From the IMG/VR virus record IMGVR_UViG_3300031456_000001, positions 21,080-85,079 of that record: a stretch of DNA of 64,000 bases. One strand, given 5' to 3'. The translations under genes and the position numbers were made by a program. This DNA is from a virus. Below, in pieces: positions 9,440-18,519 of this stretch; position 1 is the first letter of the stretch, and every line of letters starts with the position of its first letter. Under the pieces are notes generated by a model, which saw only the letters and a list, made by a program, of their open reading frames with translations, had not been told where the DNA came from and searched no databases.

Positions 9440-9780
9440 CAGAGGACTTCCCCTCGTTCGATCCGGGCCGCCTCGGCGACGAGGTCGGCGGCCTGCTCGC
9501 GCAGCCGGTCAGCCCGCGCCTTGCGAGAGTTGCGATCATCGACATAGGCGTATACCTCGTCGAGTGTCCGCGCTGGACCGGGACCGTCCTTGCGGGCGAC
9601 GCCGTCGCCGCCGCGCAGGAAGTCGTCGGACTCGACGACGGTGACGCCGCACAATTCGCGGATGTGCTCGTCAGCCAGGTAGTGGTCGCCGATGACGTCC
9701 AGCTTGCCATCGACGTACAGCGCTGACCATTCGCCGGAGCCGATATGCAGCTCCAGCTTGGGCCGGTCGTCGGTAGGCAT
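9439..9780 (-). CDS. Hypothetical protein
   Basis: 113 aa; closely packed with neighbours; protein-like composition. Confidence 0.7.
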   Translation of the reverse strand: MPTDDRPKLELHIGSGEWSALYVDGKLDVIGDHYLADEHIRELCGVTVVESDDFLRGGDGVARKDGPGPARTLDEVYAYVDDRNSRKARADRLREQAADLVAEAARIERGEVL

Positions 9781-9781
9781 G

Positions 9782-10144
9782 TCAGCTTGCCGCGGGGGCG
9801 GGGCGGGGATCGGCCTGGGCGCCGGTGGCGGCCGGCATCCACTTCGACTCGACGCCGCCGCAGAAGGGCACGTCCCATTCCGGCACCCGGATCAGGTTGT
9901 TGCCCGCGTCGCGGCTCGTCGTCAGGAACGCGACCTTGCCGATGCAGAGCCGCACCATGTTCGGGTGGCCATCGACGTTGTTGTATGCCTCGATCTTGTC
10001 GGGCTTGACCGCGGGCACGCCCTTCAGGTCGCCGGAGGTGGCGTTGCCCTCGTTGAGGCTGCCGCAGCCGCCGAGCAGGGCGAGGGCGGTCAGGCCGGTG
10101 ACGGTCGCCGCGGCGGCCTTCTTGACGGGGGTCATGGTGCGCAT
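9782..10144 (-). CDS. Putative lipoprotein
   Basis: Signal peptide with lipobox LLGG-C; first gene after a promoter cassette. Confidence 0.7.
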   Translation of the reverse strand: MRTMTPVKKAAAATVTGLTALALLGGCGSLNEGNATSGDLKGVPAVKPDKIEAYNNVDGHPNMVRLCIGKVAFLTTSRDAGNNLIRVPEWDVPFCGGVESKWMPAATGAQADPRPAPAAS

Positions 10145-10180
10145 GGGGGTTCCTCTCGTGGACGGAAAGTGCACCCCGGC

Positions 10181-10210
10181 AGTCTGCCGGGGTGCCACAC
10201 GGTGTGTCAA
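10181..10210 (-). promoter_or_regulatory. Repeated promoter/operator cassette
   Basis: TTGACA-N18-CAGACT; upstream stop TGA lies inside TTGACA. Confidence 0.6.
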
Positions 10211-10506
10211 TTCTCTTCGGCGCATTCGGTGTGTACCCACGTGCCGGTGTGGTTGCCGGTGGTCTTGAACCGCTGCGGCCGGATCGTGTCGCCCGGCTCG
10301 TAGCGTTCCTGGCATTCGGGGCAGCGTCCGCCGTACCGGGCGATGATCGGCGCCCCGTAGCTGGGCTGGTCGCCGTTGCGTCGGGCGTACGGCTCGACCT
10401 CGGCGGTGAGGCCACGCGCCGTGGCGCCGGCAGCCCCGGCGTGCAGGCGGCAGCCGCACTGTTCGATGAGCAGCTCGGTCAGCTCGCAGCGGTCCTGCGC
10501 GGTCAC
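10207..10506 (-). CDS. Hypothetical Zn-binding protein
   Basis: ARYGGRCPEC...VHTECA; GTGA overlap with the upstream gene. Confidence 0.65.
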   Translation of the reverse strand: MTAQDRCELTELLIEQCGCRLHAGAAGATARGLTAEVEPYARRNGDQPSYGAPIIARYGGRCPECQERYEPGDTIRPQRFKTTGNHTGTWVHTECAEEN

Positions 10507-10736
10507 GGCGCACCGGTTGCGGCGAAGGCCGCAAGGGCTGTCTCGTACGCCTCGATCTCGCCGCGCGCGTGGTCGCCCAGGGCGACGGTGGCGGCGAGGT
10601 TGTGCCAGCCGGACCCGTCGCCCTGCTCGGCCTGCCGGGCGAACCGGGCGACCTCCTCGACGGCGATGCGGTATCGGTGTCGGGCCGATTTGAGGCGGCT
10701 TTCGATGTGCCTGCGCGCCCACTCTTCGCTCTTCAT
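10503..10736 (-). CDS. Hypothetical protein
   Basis: 77 aa; GGAG RBS. Confidence 0.6.
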   Translation of the reverse strand: MKSEEWARRHIESRLKSARHRYRIAVEEVARFARQAEQGDGSGWHNLAATVALGDHARGEIEAYETALAAFAATGAP

Positions 10737-10759
10737 GTGATGCTCCAGGTGATCGAAGG

Positions 10760-10785
10760 GGGCCGGGCGGTGGTCCGCCCGGCCC
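10760..10785 (-). terminator. Hairpin after the DUF6011-like gene
   Basis: GGGCCGGGCGG-tggt-CCGCCCGGCCC. Confidence 0.5.
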
Positions 10786-10794
10786 GGGGGCGAC

Positions 10795-11403
10795 CTACCA
10801 GGGCAGGCCGCGGTGCTTGGCGCAGGTCTCGCCGTAGCCGGCGGCCCGTGAGCGGGCGTTGGTCAGCGGGTGCGGGCCGAACGCGCAGATCCCCAACGTC
10901 CGGCCGAACAGCCCGGCGGCGGCGGCCACGTCCTCCAGGATGTGACTGGCGGCGAAGACCTGGTGCCGGGCGTGCAGCTTCTGCTGGCTGAGGCCGGTGC
11001 CGTTGGAGATGAGCTGGTACAGCCGGCGCGTGCCGTTGCGGAACTCGACGACCTCGAAGAAGGTGATGTCGTTCCCGGCGGCGGTCGGCGTGGTGCGCGG
11101 CAGGGCGTACCGGCCGGCGGGCAGCTTCGCGGCCATCCGGTTCGCCTCGGCGTACAGCTCGCCCAGGTTCGGCGTGGCGTACGTGATCGGCGTCTGCGGC
11201 TTCGGCTGCGCGTGCTGCGCCACGAACGTCTGCGCCCGCTCCCGGGCCGCCTGGCGCTGCGGGGTGCGGGCCGGGGTGCCGGTGCTGCCGCCGGTGATCT
11301 GGCGTAGCACCTGGCCCTGCTCGCGGGCGACCTCGGCCAGGGGGCGCAGGCCGTTGCGCTCACGCCAGGTGCTCAGCGATCCGAGGGTGGCGGACTGGGT
11401 CAT
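10795..11403 (-). CDS. Protein with C-terminal DUF6011-like motif
   Basis: CAFGPHPLTNARSRAAGYGETCA; GGAGG RBS. Confidence 0.7.
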   Translation of the reverse strand: MTQSATLGSLSTWRERNGLRPLAEVAREQGQVLRQITGGSTGTPARTPQRQAARERAQTFVAQHAQPKPQTPITYATPNLGELYAEANRMAAKLPAGRYALPRTTPTAAGNDITFFEVVEFRNGTRRLYQLISNGTGLSQQKLHARHQVFAASHILEDVAAAAGLFGRTLGICAFGPHPLTNARSRAAGYGETCAKHRGLPW

Positions 11404-11453
11404 GGCGGCTACCTCCGTGGTGGAAGGGGGCGGGCGTTTTCACCCGCCCCCCG

Positions 11454-11483
11454 AAGGTAGCAAACTGTCACACGGCGTGTCAA
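11454..11483 (-). promoter_or_regulatory. Repeated promoter/operator cassette
   Basis: TTGACA-CGCCGTGTGACAGTTTGC-TACCTT. Confidence 0.8.
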
Positions 11484-11499
11484 TCGAAAGTGTCAACCG

Positions 11500-11610
11500 T
11501 CAGCGGTTGGCGAAGATCTTCGCGTCGTGGGCGAGCAGGAAGATGACCAGCACCAGCAGGAAGACGATGAACACCTTCCATCCGCGGGCCGGGCCGTTGT
11601 CACCGCTCAT
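11500..11610 (-). CDS. Small membrane protein (36 aa)
   Basis: MSGDNGPARGWKVFIVFLLVLVIFLLAH; ATGA overlap. Confidence 0.55.
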   Translation of the reverse strand: MSGDNGPARGWKVFIVFLLVLVIFLLAHDAKIFANR

Positions 11611-12398
11611 CGGGCCGGGGCGTTGGTTGCGCCGACGACCCGGTCGCCTTCCCGGATGCACAGGCACCGGTCGGAGGCCCCCGGGTGGGCGAGGCGCATC
11701 GGGCAGGTGGACCAGTGCGCGGCGCGGGCCTGCAGCGTGGTCAGCTTCTTGCCGCCGGTCGGTAGGCCCTTGCGCAGCGCCCGCATCAGCGGCTGCTCGC
11801 GCAGCCATTCGAGCGGTTCGCGCAGAAGGCCGTCCATCTCCCGCTCGAAGGCGTCGGTCGCCATGTCGCCGGACGGGCCGAACGGGCTCGCCCCGATGGC
11901 GGCCATGTGCCAGTATTCGCGGTCGGCGAGCTGCGCGGCGCGCCGCTCGATGTACCGGAGGGTGTTGAACCGCCACGGCTTGTCCATCTCGGCGACCCGG
12001 ACGGCGGGGCGCCGGTGCGGATACCACCAGGTGTCCTGGCCGAGCAGCCACGTGTACGACGGCAGCAGCGGGCCGAGGACCGGCGGCGGGTCGACCTCGG
12101 CGACGGTGCGGATGGGCCCGCCCGCGGCGACCTCGTCGAGCAGCGCATTGAGCGCCTTGCGGTCGGTCCGGTGCTCGTGCCGGCCGGACCAGCAGCACAG
12201 CGCGTCCAACCCGGTCTGGCCGGCGCCGAGCACCTGGCAGGTCTTCTGGTCGGTGCCGCAGTCGACGCACTTCGCGGTGTCCTCGATGTGCTGGCGGCGG
12301 GCCGCGATGGTCGCGGCGGCCCGACCGCGCTGTTCCTCGATGACCTCGTTGAACTCGTCGTTGAAGTCGCGCTCGCGCTGGGTCTCGGCGTCCATCAC
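11607..12398 (-). CDS. Hypothetical protein
   Basis: 263 aa; coupled at both ends. Confidence 0.7.
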   Translation of the reverse strand: MMDAETQRERDFNDEFNEVIEEQRGRAAATIAARRQHIEDTAKCVDCGTDQKTCQVLGAGQTGLDALCCWSGRHEHRTDRKALNALLDEVAAGGPIRTVAEVDPPPVLGPLLPSYTWLLGQDTWWYPHRRPAVRVAEMDKPWRFNTLRYIERRAAQLADREYWHMAAIGASPFGPSGDMATDAFEREMDGLLREPLEWLREQPLMRALRKGLPTGGKKLTTLQARAAHWSTCPMRLAHPGASDRCLCIREGDRVVGATNAPAR

Positions 12399-12889
12399 AG
12401 GCCCTTCGCCTTCAGCTCGCGGTCCCGCAGGATGGCGCGCATGATGTCGTTCGCCGTCCAGGTGTCGCCGTAGCTGGCGTTGCCGGAGTCCTCCCCCGGA
12501 CGCGGGTTGCCATGGAACCGGTAGTCGTGCTCCGGCAGCGGCCGCCGGGCGATCTCTTCGGCACCTTCCCGGCCGTACAGGGCCAACGCCTGCGCGGCCA
12601 CGTCGATGATCTCGACCCGCGCGAGGGCGGGCGCCTCCAGCTCATGCCGGTCGGCGTCGAGGATGGCATGGGCGAGCGAACGCGCGTCGTCGGCGTTCAT
12701 CACCATCTCAGCCCAGAACGTGCCCGCGTCGGGCGCGACGATGAGCTGCCAGCGGCCGTCGCCGAGGTTTTTCAACGCAGCCTGCCCGCGCAGGTGATCG
12801 ACCTCCCGGGCTGCCCGGTCCTCGGCGGTGGCGAGATCCCCCGCCCCGGACGTCTTGCGCATCTCGGTCTTCCAGGTGAAGTCGGACAT
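12395..12889 (-). CDS. Hypothetical protein
   Basis: Starts MSDFTWKTEM after a CCACCACGAGGAG leader. Confidence 0.7.
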   Translation of the reverse strand: MSDFTWKTEMRKTSGAGDLATAEDRAAREVDHLRGQAALKNLGDGRWQLIVAPDAGTFWAEMVMNADDARSLAHAILDADRHELEAPALARVEIIDVAAQALALYGREGAEEIARRPLPEHDYRFHGNPRPGEDSGNASYGDTWTANDIMRAILRDRELKAKGL

Positions 12890-12924
12890 GATGGAACTCC
12901 TCGTGGTGGGGAGGGTGGGTGGGG

Positions 12925-13575
12925 TCAGACGGGCACGTCGGCGGCCAGCAGGGCCTCCAGCTCGGTCAGGCTGTACCCGCCGGTCATCGTCGCCTCGGCC
13001 TTCCTGACCATGAGACGGAACTCGTCGGAGACCTCGGCGACCGCCTCGGCGCAGTGCGCGCAGCGCGCCGTCGCGTCCTCGTGCAGGTAGTGCATCCACG
13101 TGTCGGCCCGCACGGTTCGCTCCCGGAAGCCGGCCAGGGCAACTTCCATGACCCGGTCGAAGCGGGCGAAGAAGTCGACGTCGGCACGCCGGGCGGCCTC
13201 GTCGTGGGCGGCGACCTCGGCGGCGGCCACCTCGGCCCGGGCGCGGGGGCCGCGCATCGTCGTGGGGGCGACCGCGTCGGCGACGCTGACCACGGAGCCG
13301 GCGCCCGGTGCGACGTGCTCGACGATCGCCTCCACGTCGGCGGCGTTCAGCGTCGGGTCGATGACCAGCTCGGCGGTGCGGTCGTCGAACACCGGCCACG
13401 GGGTCGTGGAGTGCTGCACGGCGGGCTGCCGGGCGATGCTGACGCCAACGACGATCCCGCCGACGGCGAACGTCGCCAGAAACGCCTGCCAGGCGACGGG
13501 CAGGGCCGCGGTGTAGTCGACCATCACGGCCAGCCAGGACAGGATCACGGCGGGCGTCTGCTGGATGAGCTGCAT
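12925..13575 (-). CDS. Hypothetical protein, possibly membrane-anchored
   Basis: Hydrophobic N-terminus; the actual start may be the ATG near 13576 or an internal one. Confidence 0.55.
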   Translation of the reverse strand: MQLIQQTPAVILSWLAVMVDYTAALPVAWQAFLATFAVGGIVVGVSIARQPAVQHSTTPWPVFDDRTAELVIDPTLNAADVEAIVEHVAPGAGSVVSVADAVAPTTMRGPRARAEVAAAEVAAHDEAARRADVDFFARFDRVMEVALAGFRERTVRADTWMHYLHEDATARCAHCAEAVAEVSDEFRLMVRKAEATMTGGYSLTELEALLAADVPV

Positions 13576-13651
13576 CGGTTCTCCTCGCGTCGGTGCTGGC
13601 GGTGTCGGTTCTCCGTCGGGTCCGGTGTTCAGGTACGTGTCTCGCAGTGTG

Positions 13652-13960
13652 TCACGTGGGGCTACGGGCGGCTGCCTGCCGGAGTTGCCGGCGGCGGGTC
13701 TGGTGGCTGCGGTGCGGGTCGAGAAGGTGCACGAAGCCCTCCCCGGGCGGCGGTCCGGCGAGGGCGTGCCGCACGGCGTCGGGGTGGCCGCGGGCGCGCG
13801 CCCGGCAGACGAACCGGTCGAGGGCGTCGCGGCTGATGCCGAGCTGGGCGGCGATCTCGGCGACGGGAATGCCCTGCTCGGCGCCCCGCCGCCAGATGAT
13901 GAGCCGATCGGCGGTGTCGGGGTCGGGGGTGTAGTCGCTGCCCCGGCGGCCGCGGGTCAC
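13652..13960 (-). CDS. HTH DNA-binding protein
   Basis: GIPVAEIAAQLGISRDALDRFV. Confidence 0.7.
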   Translation of the reverse strand: MTRGRRGSDYTPDPDTADRLIIWRRGAEQGIPVAEIAAQLGISRDALDRFVCRARARGHPDAVRHALAGPPPGEGFVHLLDPHRSHQTRRRQLRQAAARSPT

Positions 13961-14343
13961 GGCGCGTCGACCTCCTCACCGCCGTCACCGGGGCTGACCA
14001 CGGTGGTGCGGGCCTGCGGGTCGCGGACCGCCTCGTACCGGGCGATCGCGGCGAGCATCTCCCTGCCGTGCCCGGGATGGATGATGGCCCGCTTCACCTC
14101 GTCGAGGAACCCGGCCAACGTCTGAGCCATCGCCCCTCCCCCCGAATCCGGGTAGTTCGGGAAGACCGCGCTGACGGCGTCGGCCAGGTCGGCCGCCCCG
14201 AAGAGCGTGCCGATCGTCTCGAACATCCGGCGCACCGCGTCCGGGTCGGGCGTGCTCGTCGACCGGCCGGTGTTGCCACTCCAACGCAGCGTGCCGCCCT
14301 GCATCTCGTCGAGCGCCGCCTGAACGTGCCTGCCGTGTTCCAT
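13957..14343 (-). CDS. Hypothetical protein
   Basis: First gene of the leftward arm; GGAGG RBS. Confidence 0.65.
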   Translation of the reverse strand: MEHGRHVQAALDEMQGGTLRWSGNTGRSTSTPDPDAVRRMFETIGTLFGAADLADAVSAVFPNYPDSGGGAMAQTLAGFLDEVKRAIIHPGHGREMLAAIARYEAVRDPQARTTVVSPGDGGEEVDAP

Positions 14344-14382
14344 GCCAGCCTCCGGGGGTCTGGGGGAAGTTGTGTCACACCC

Positions 14383-14491
14383 AGTTCCTCATACTGTCAC
14401 GCGACTTGTCAAGTATGATGGGTGCCGGACGCTATGCGGACAAGATCATCCGCGGTTGACACGCGGTGTGCCATATTGAGAGGATCTGCAG
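14383..14491. promoter_or_regulatory. Divergent promoter region with two back-to-back cassette copies
   Basis: TTGACAAGTCGCGTGACAG on (-) from 14412 and TTGACACGCGGTGTGCCA on (+) from 14456; the ATG at 14492 looks leaderless. Confidence 0.7.
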
Positions 14492-15013
14492 ATGAGCACC
14501 ACACACGACCCACCCGCGCATCCCGGGGCGGCCACCATCCCGGCCGCCCTGCTCGCCGTGTTCGACGAGCAGGGCTTCGAGAAGTACCAGCTGCTGCGCG
14601 ACCGGCTCGACGAGGAGCCGATGGAGCGCATCCACCGGATGGTCACCGGCACGTACCGGATCAAGCGCCGCCGCAACGGCGACCCCGTACCCGATCAGAC
14701 CGATCCCACCGGCAACACCCCGACCCCCGACTACATGTCGTTCCGCAAGATCGCCGTCGAGCTGCAGGAGACGGCCGGTGTCGCCATCTCCTACGAGACG
14801 GTGCGCCGCTGGTGGTACCAGGTGTGGCCGGAGGACCGGGGCCGCGGCTTCGAGGACGGCACCCCGGAGGCTGCGGAACGCATTCAGGCCCGGCTCGCCC
14901 GGCTGCACACCGCGCAGGCCGAGGCGTCGGCCCGGCACACCAACGAGGCGGTGCCCCCGGCGGCGTTCCTCGCCCCCGACGACGCGCCGGCCGCCGCACA
15001 CCCGCTCGACTGA
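14492..15013 (+). CDS. HTH regulator (candidate repressor)
   Basis: MSFRKIAVELQETAGVAISYETVRRW; first gene of the rightward arm. Confidence 0.65.
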   Translation: MSTTHDPPAHPGAATIPAALLAVFDEQGFEKYQLLRDRLDEEPMERIHRMVTGTYRIKRRRNGDPVPDQTDPTGNTPTPDYMSFRKIAVELQETAGVAISYETVRRWWYQVWPEDRGRGFEDGTPEAAERIQARLARLHTAQAEASARHTNEAVPPAAFLAPDDAPAAAHPLD

Positions 15014-15038
15014 GCACCCCCACCACGAGGAGCAGGCC

Positions 15039-15233
15039 ATGGGCACCAACGACATGCACAAGGGCGCGGACGTCGGGAAGGGCATCGCGGTTGCCGGCAT
15101 CTGGGTCGGCTGGGCCACGACCACCCTCGGCGTCGCGATCGCCTGGGGTCCGACGGCGTCGGGCATGACGCTCGTCATCGCTATTTTCGGTGGGATGATG
15201 GCGTTCCTCGGCACGTTCGCGGTCTACAAGTGA
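15039..15233 (+). CDS. Small two-TM membrane protein
   Basis: GAGGAG RBS; two hydrophobic segments. Confidence 0.65.
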   Translation: MGTNDMHKGADVGKGIAVAGIWVGWATTTLGVAIAWGPTASGMTLVIAIFGGMMAFLGTFAVYK

Positions 15234-16459
15234 GCGACGGGCGGGAGCCGTACCAGCGGCGCACCAACGACGACGGCTCCAAGTTCTACGAGCACCCCAC
15301 CCGCACCGAGGAGGTGCCCGGCCCGGACGGGACCAGCACGATCGTCCGGCCGGCGCGCTACGTGTCGGTGACCACGGCGCTCGGCGTCGTCGACAAGCCG
15401 GCGTTGGTGTTCTGGTCGGCGAACCTGGCTGCGCGCCGGGCCATGCAGAACCTGCCCCGGCTCATCGCCGACGTGTTCAAGGACGACTGCGGCCGGGCCG
15501 CCGCCCGCACGGAGCCGCTCGGCTGCGGCACCTGCTCGGCGTGCACCGAGCGGTGGGTGGCGCTGTTCCACCACGGGGAGAAGGAGCGCCGCGCCCGGGA
15601 AGGCTCGGCCACCCACGACATCCTGGAGTGGTGGACGAAGACCGGCGAATGGGTGTACCGGCCGCGGGACTCGTGGGGGGAGTACGCGCCGACGCCGGAG
15701 GAGATCGCGCCGTACATGCGGTCCCTGCAGGCGTTCGTCGCCGATTTCGGGCTGACGCCGGAGTCGTGGCTGATCTGCGAGTGCACCGTCTTCCATCACG
15801 GTCTGAAGTACGGCGGCACTCTCGACGGCGTCGTCGTGATCTTTCCGCGGACGAAGGCGTCGGCCGAGTTCTGCGCCCGGATCGCGCACAGCCTCGACAT
15901 CCCCTGGTCGAAGGTCGTCGCCGAGGGGATCCGGGTGGTCGTCGACTGCAAGAGCCGGGAGGGCGAGAAGGCCGCGATCTACGTCGAGGCGGTGCTGCAG
16001 CTCACCGGGTACCGGTTCGCGGAGACGATGATCCCGGCGAAGGGCAGCCTCATCGAGATGGCGATGCTGGCCACCGACGGCGCCGTGGTGCTGCAGGTCC
16101 GGCCCGACGGCTACACGTTCCGGCCGGTGCTCGCCGACGGCCGGGCGATGGCTGCGTTCCGGGCGGTGCTGGATCTGCACCGCTGGCACAGCGAGTGGGG
16201 TGACTACTCGACGCAGGTGCAGGCGTTCCCGAAGCCGCCGGACTGGACGTGGGAGCCGCCGACCGTACCCGGGGCAGAGCCGGCGAAGAAGGCGGCGGCG
16301 AAGCGCGCGCCGCGCGGTGCGGCGAAGAAGGCCGCGAAGGCCGCCGCCGACGGCGCGACGGCGGGCCGGCAGCCGTCGGCGACGATCGCGAGCATGGCCG
16401 GCAAGATGAGCCAGCCCGGCGCCCGCCACAGCATCGACGACGGTGCCATTCCGTTCTGA
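15230..16459 (+). CDS. PD-(D/E)XK exonuclease (RecE/Cas4-like)
   Basis: SVTTAL, GSATH, E...YGGTLD, VVDCKS, QLTGY. Confidence 0.8.
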   Translation: MSDGREPYQRRTNDDGSKFYEHPTRTEEVPGPDGTSTIVRPARYVSVTTALGVVDKPALVFWSANLAARRAMQNLPRLIADVFKDDCGRAAARTEPLGCGTCSACTERWVALFHHGEKERRAREGSATHDILEWWTKTGEWVYRPRDSWGEYAPTPEEIAPYMRSLQAFVADFGLTPESWLICECTVFHHGLKYGGTLDGVVVIFPRTKASAEFCARIAHSLDIPWSKVVAEGIRVVVDCKSREGEKAAIYVEAVLQLTGYRFAETMIPAKGSLIEMAMLATDGAVVLQVRPDGYTFRPVLADGRAMAAFRAVLDLHRWHSEWGDYSTQVQAFPKPPDWTWEPPTVPGAEPAKKAAAKRAPRGAAKKAAKAAADGATAGRQPSATIASMAGKMSQPGARHSIDDGAIPF

Positions 16460-16507
16460 CACGCCCCATGACATTCTGATACCCTCCGGGCACCACCACG
16501 AGAGAGG

Positions 16508-18208
16508 ATGGCGCGTGTGGCCATCGTGCGCATGATCAGCAGGGACGTCGAGGAGTTCAGGGCGTTCCAGACCCGCAACACCGAAGTTGGCCGGATCCGG
16601 ATCGGGCAGTTCGTCACGCCGGAAGGCAAGCGCGGCCGCCCGGTGAAGCTCGACAGGTTCCGGCTGACCAGCCCGACGGAGAACCACATCCGGGTGGCCG
16701 CCACCAGGTACGGCGGCACGCCCCAGCTGTACCAGCCGCAGGGCGGCGGCGCACAGCAGTGGGAGGTGATCACCAAGGCGGACGCGCTGGACGTGTGGAT
16801 CGTCAACCGGCAGAACATCGACCCGGTCTACGAGATGTGGGGCGCGGGCCGCACCTGCACCCGCCGGTGCGACGGCGAGTGGAACACTGTGCTGCAGGAG
16901 CCGTGCCTGTGCAACGACCCGGAGCGCCGCCCGGCAGACCCCCGACAACTGTGCAAGATCACAACTCGGGTGAACGTGATGTTGCCGAAGGTGGCCGGGT
17001 TGCACTCGTGGCGTTTCGAGACGCACAGCGAGAACGCCGCCGTGGAGATGGCCGCCCCGTCGGTGGCCGGGGTGGTCCGGATTGCGCCGGTGCCGGTTCC
17101 GTCGACCCTGCGGCTGCGCCGGGAGCAGCGCCGGGAGCGCAACCACGAGAAGGGGACCTTCGAGTCGAAGGACTTCTACGTGCCGTGGTTCGACCTGTCC
17201 CAGATCGGCGCGCAGGCCCTCGCCGGGGGCGAGGAGGCGCTGATGGAGGCGCTCACCGGGGCGGGGGCGCCGGAGCTGCTGGCCGACCAGCGGGCGATCG
17301 GCACGGCGCCGGTGTCGGTCGTCCCAGCGCCGGGGCCGCAGCCGGGATCACCCACCGGGCAGCCGCCCCTCGCACCGGACCAGGGGATTGGCGACGAGCT
17401 GCGGGCGAAAATCCTGCAGGACATCGAAGGTCGCAGCACCGTCGAGGCGCTCATGGAGGTGAAGGCGAAACTGCAGGATCGTGGCATCACCGACGCCGCG
17501 GTCCGTGCGGCGTGGCGTTCGAAGCTCAACGCCATCGAGGCCGCCGCGAAGGCGGTGCTGGCCGACGCGGGCGAACCGGAGCCGGAATACGCGGTCGGCG
17601 ACACGGTCACCGTCGGCGGCGTCGAGTTCACGAAGATCTCCGACGACCCGTTCCCGCCGATGGATGACTCTCCACTCGCCCGGGCGATCCGCGGGGAAAC
17701 CCCGGACCCGGACGCGCTGGCCCGGGACATGGCGCTCACGGGCGGCCGGGCCTTCTTCGACGACGAGCTGCCCCAGTACGACGAGGCGGTCAGTCGTGGC
17801 GCCACGCACACCACGATCGTCGAGGCGGGTGGGCCGGTGCACTGGCTGGCCACCGACGACCAGGCCCGCGCAACGGCGCAGATCGAGGCCGAGATCGCCC
17901 ACGAGATGCAGCGCGCCGAGGACGAGGAACGCCAGGCCGCCGCGGCGCCGGTCGAAGACCCGTGGGCCGAGGCCGTCGAAGGCACCGTCGTCGGCGACGA
18001 CGGCCTGCCGGCGCTGCCGCCGGGCAGCTACACCTTCAACGACGAGTTGCCGAAGCTCATGGCCATCGCGGGCCGGCGCACCCCGCCGCTGACCACGGGC
18101 GGGGTCCGCGACGTCCTCATCGCCGCGTTCAGCCTGGCGAAGGCCAGTGACGCCACCGGCTACCAGGTCGCCCAGATCACGGAGGCCATGAAGCGCGGCA
18201 TCCTGTGA
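16508..18208 (+). CDS. Gp3-like (recombination directionality factor-like) protein with a long acidic C-terminus
   Basis: EVGRIRIG...RPVKLDRFRLTS, RRCDG, CLC, WRFETHSENA. Confidence 0.7.
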   Translation: MARVAIVRMISRDVEEFRAFQTRNTEVGRIRIGQFVTPEGKRGRPVKLDRFRLTSPTENHIRVAATRYGGTPQLYQPQGGGAQQWEVITKADALDVWIVNRQNIDPVYEMWGAGRTCTRRCDGEWNTVLQEPCLCNDPERRPADPRQLCKITTRVNVMLPKVAGLHSWRFETHSENAAVEMAAPSVAGVVRIAPVPVPSTLRLRREQRRERNHEKGTFESKDFYVPWFDLSQIGAQALAGGEEALMEALTGAGAPELLADQRAIGTAPVSVVPAPGPQPGSPTGQPPLAPDQGIGDELRAKILQDIEGRSTVEALMEVKAKLQDRGITDAAVRAAWRSKLNAIEAAAKAVLADAGEPEPEYAVGDTVTVGGVEFTKISDDPFPPMDDSPLARAIRGETPDPDALARDMALTGGRAFFDDELPQYDEAVSRGATHTTIVEAGGPVHWLATDDQARATAQIEAEIAHEMQRAEDEERQAAAAPVEDPWAEAVEGTVVGDDGLPALPPGSYTFNDELPKLMAIAGRRTPPLTTGGVRDVLIAAFSLAKASDATGYQVAQITEAMKRGIL

Positions 18209-18519
18209 GGCCGCAGGTGCCGGTGGTGCCGTGCGAGCACGGGCGCTGCCGCCGGAAGGTGTTCCCGGCCCGGATGCTCAAGGCCCGCGGCGCGCCGGTG
18301 GATGTGGTGCTCGACGCGACCCCGTCGACCTGGGCGGAGGGCGCCCGGATCAAGCTGGCCGGCGTCAACTCGATGGGCCAGCAACTCGCGGAGAAGCTGA
18401 CGCAGGCCCAGATCCACAAGGCGTTCGCCGTCAAGGAGATGTACGTGCCACATGAGCAGGTGTGCCAGGTGGCGCAGAAGCGGGCCGGCGCGAAGAAGAA
18501 GGACGGCACGCATGCCTAG
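18205..18519 (+). CDS. Hypothetical Zn-binding protein
   Basis: C...C and H...C ligands; coupled to neighbours. Confidence 0.65.
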   Translation: MRPQVPVVPCEHGRCRRKVFPARMLKARGAPVDVVLDATPSTWAEGARIKLAGVNSMGQQLAEKLTQAQIHKAFAVKEMYVPHEQVCQVAQKRAGAKKKDGTHA

